Below are positions 62,280 to 64,000 of a DNA stretch of 64,000 nt, in pieces. The stretch is from Amoebidium appalachense (Eukaryota > Protista > Ichthyosporea). The translations under genes and the position numbers were made by a program. Within the stretch, counting starts at the first letter, position 1. Every line of letters begins with the position of its first letter. The notes below the pieces were generated by a model. The model searched no databases, was not told the DNA's origin, and saw nothing but the letters and a program-made list of their open reading frames with translations. The stretch is from the NCBI GenBank assembly GCA_963693365.1, contig CAVNZM010000012.1:9180001-9244000 (forward strand). The letters are read 5' to 3'.

Positions 62280-62294
62280 TGCATCGGGTCACTG

Positions 62295-63245
62295 TAGGTA
62301 CCTAAACTCAGCACTTACAGCCCTCATGCATCCCCTCATGCATCCATTTTGGTACCTAAACTCAGCACTTACAGCTCTCATGCATCCATTTTATATGTGC
62401 AAATATATCTCATTACATTGTATACGCTACGTATACAATAATATTTGGCATCATGCCTATATATAGCATCAATGCCCATATATATATAATTCTAGCGTAT
62501 ACGCTAATACTTGGCATCATGCCTGTATATAGCATCAATGCTCATATACATTAAATTCTACGGCAGGCACATGTGAACTTGTCTTGCGCACCAAAAAACA
62601 AAGAGCCGTATACTGGGCAATACAGCCCTCACTATGTAAAATACGCACCAAAAAACAAAGAGCCGTATACTGGGCAATACAGCCCTCACTATGTAAAATA
62701 CACAGTTACCTAACAGTTACCTATTACACGGTGACCAGTTCCCGAACAGTTACCTAATACACAGTTACCTAACGGTTACCTTATAAGGCAATGGTTACGC
62801 AATAAGGAAATGAGGACTTATGGTGCCGATGCCTAGTATTTACAGTTGTTAAAATCATACATCGGCTAGTATTTACCGTTGTTAAAATCATTGTTAAAAT
62901 CATCGAAGCCGTCGAAGTCAGCCCCACCGTAGCTTTGGTCGGAAGCTGTATGGATATGAAGAGAGCTCTGTAAGTATGCAAGCCCAAACCATTCCGAGGT
63001 TGTAAACTTACTGCAAACTTTTCCACACGCACATGTGTGTGGGTATATCCATATGTTTCTTCTGTACCTTCAACAAAAAAACCACTGTACCTTCACTAAA
63101 AAACCATTGTGCACGTGTGCTTGTAAGTGATGGGCACGTGTGCTTGTGAGTGTGTGGGTATATCCATATGTTCCTTCAACAAAAAACCATTGCACATGTG
63201 TGCTTGTGAGTGATGCGCACATGTGCTTGTGAGTGATCAGTGATC
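62295..63245. repeat. Series of short tandem duplications
   Basis: Paired blocks GGTACCTAAACTCAGCACTTACAGC, TTGGCATCATGCCT(A/G)TATATAGCATCAATGC and CGCACCAAAAAACAAAGAGCCG...GTAAAATA, plus ACAGTTACCTAA repeats. Confidence 0.75.
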
Positions 63246-63284
63246 ACTGTCATCTCGATGGGTTAAATGGTGTTCTAAACGGGA

Positions 63285-64000
63285 GTTGTACAAGTATGTG
63301 TGTGTGGGGTCGGGGTTGTACAAGTATATGTGTCTGGGGTCGGGGTAGTACAAGTGCTATGCCGCAGAATAGGATACTGCAGTACAAGTATATGTGTGTG
63401 GGGTCGGGGTTGTACAAGTATATGTGGGTGGGGTCGGGGTAGTACAAGTGCTATACTGCAGAATAGGATACTGCAGAATAGGATAGCTCTGTGTCTTGGT
63501 TGTTATTGCGTAAGTGTAATAGGATAGCTCTGTGTATGTCTTGGTTGTTATTGCATGGCTCTGTGTATGTATGTCTTGGTTGTTATTGCATGGTTGGTTG
63601 TTATTGCATGGTTGTTATTGCATGGTTGGTTGTTATTGCATGGTTGTTATTGCATAAGTGTAATAGGATAGCGCTCTGTGTATGTCATAACAACCAAGAC
63701 AAACACAGAGGTGTATGTCATAACAACCAAGACATACACAGAGCTGAGAGCTGTGCATGTCTTGGTTGTTATTGCATAAGTGTACGTGTAAGGATAGCTC
63801 TGTGTATGTCACTTATGCAATAACAACCAAGACATACACAGAGCTGAGAGCTGCATGAGTGTAATAGGATAGCTCTGTGTATGTCATAACAACCAAGACA
63901 TACACAGAGCTGAGAGCTTTGGTTGTTGTGTATGTGTGTGTGGGGTCAACCAAGACATACACAGAGCTGAGAGCTGTGTATGTCTTTACTTAGAGCTGAG
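63285..64000. repeat. Complex satellite with direct and inverted units, running off the window
   Basis: Units of about 30 bp (TACAAGTATATGTGTGTGGGGTCGGGGT), then TGGTTGTTATTGCA units and their reverse complement ATAACAACCAAGACATACACAGAGCT. Confidence 0.8.

Overview
Eukaryotic genomic window. An intron-rich, fungal-type aspartate kinase together with a metazoan-like initiator tRNA sequence suggests a unicellular holozoan such as an ichthyosporean (inference only). Bases 1-16 kb hold host genes: a degenerate F-box/LRR-like gene (minus) and a complete 12-exon aspartate kinase (plus), with introns full of poly-G, poly-C and (CA)n. Bases 17-64 kb form a deeply nested transposon cluster, much of it resolvable to the base through target-site duplications (TSDs). 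The cluster contains a RAG1/Transib/Chapaev-like transposase facing an unknown multi-exon gene, two 5'-truncated non-LTR retroelements that both end in GTAAACCC, and three Ty1/copia families (A, B, C) with split half-tRNAiMet primer sites. It also contains three copies of a Ngaro-type tyrosine-recombinase retrotransposon, a four-LTR tandem TRIM array and an AT-TSD TIR element. One solo LTR has captured the whole 39-nt 5' half of initiator tRNA-Met. Long homopolymers make single-base frameshift calls uncertain throughout.
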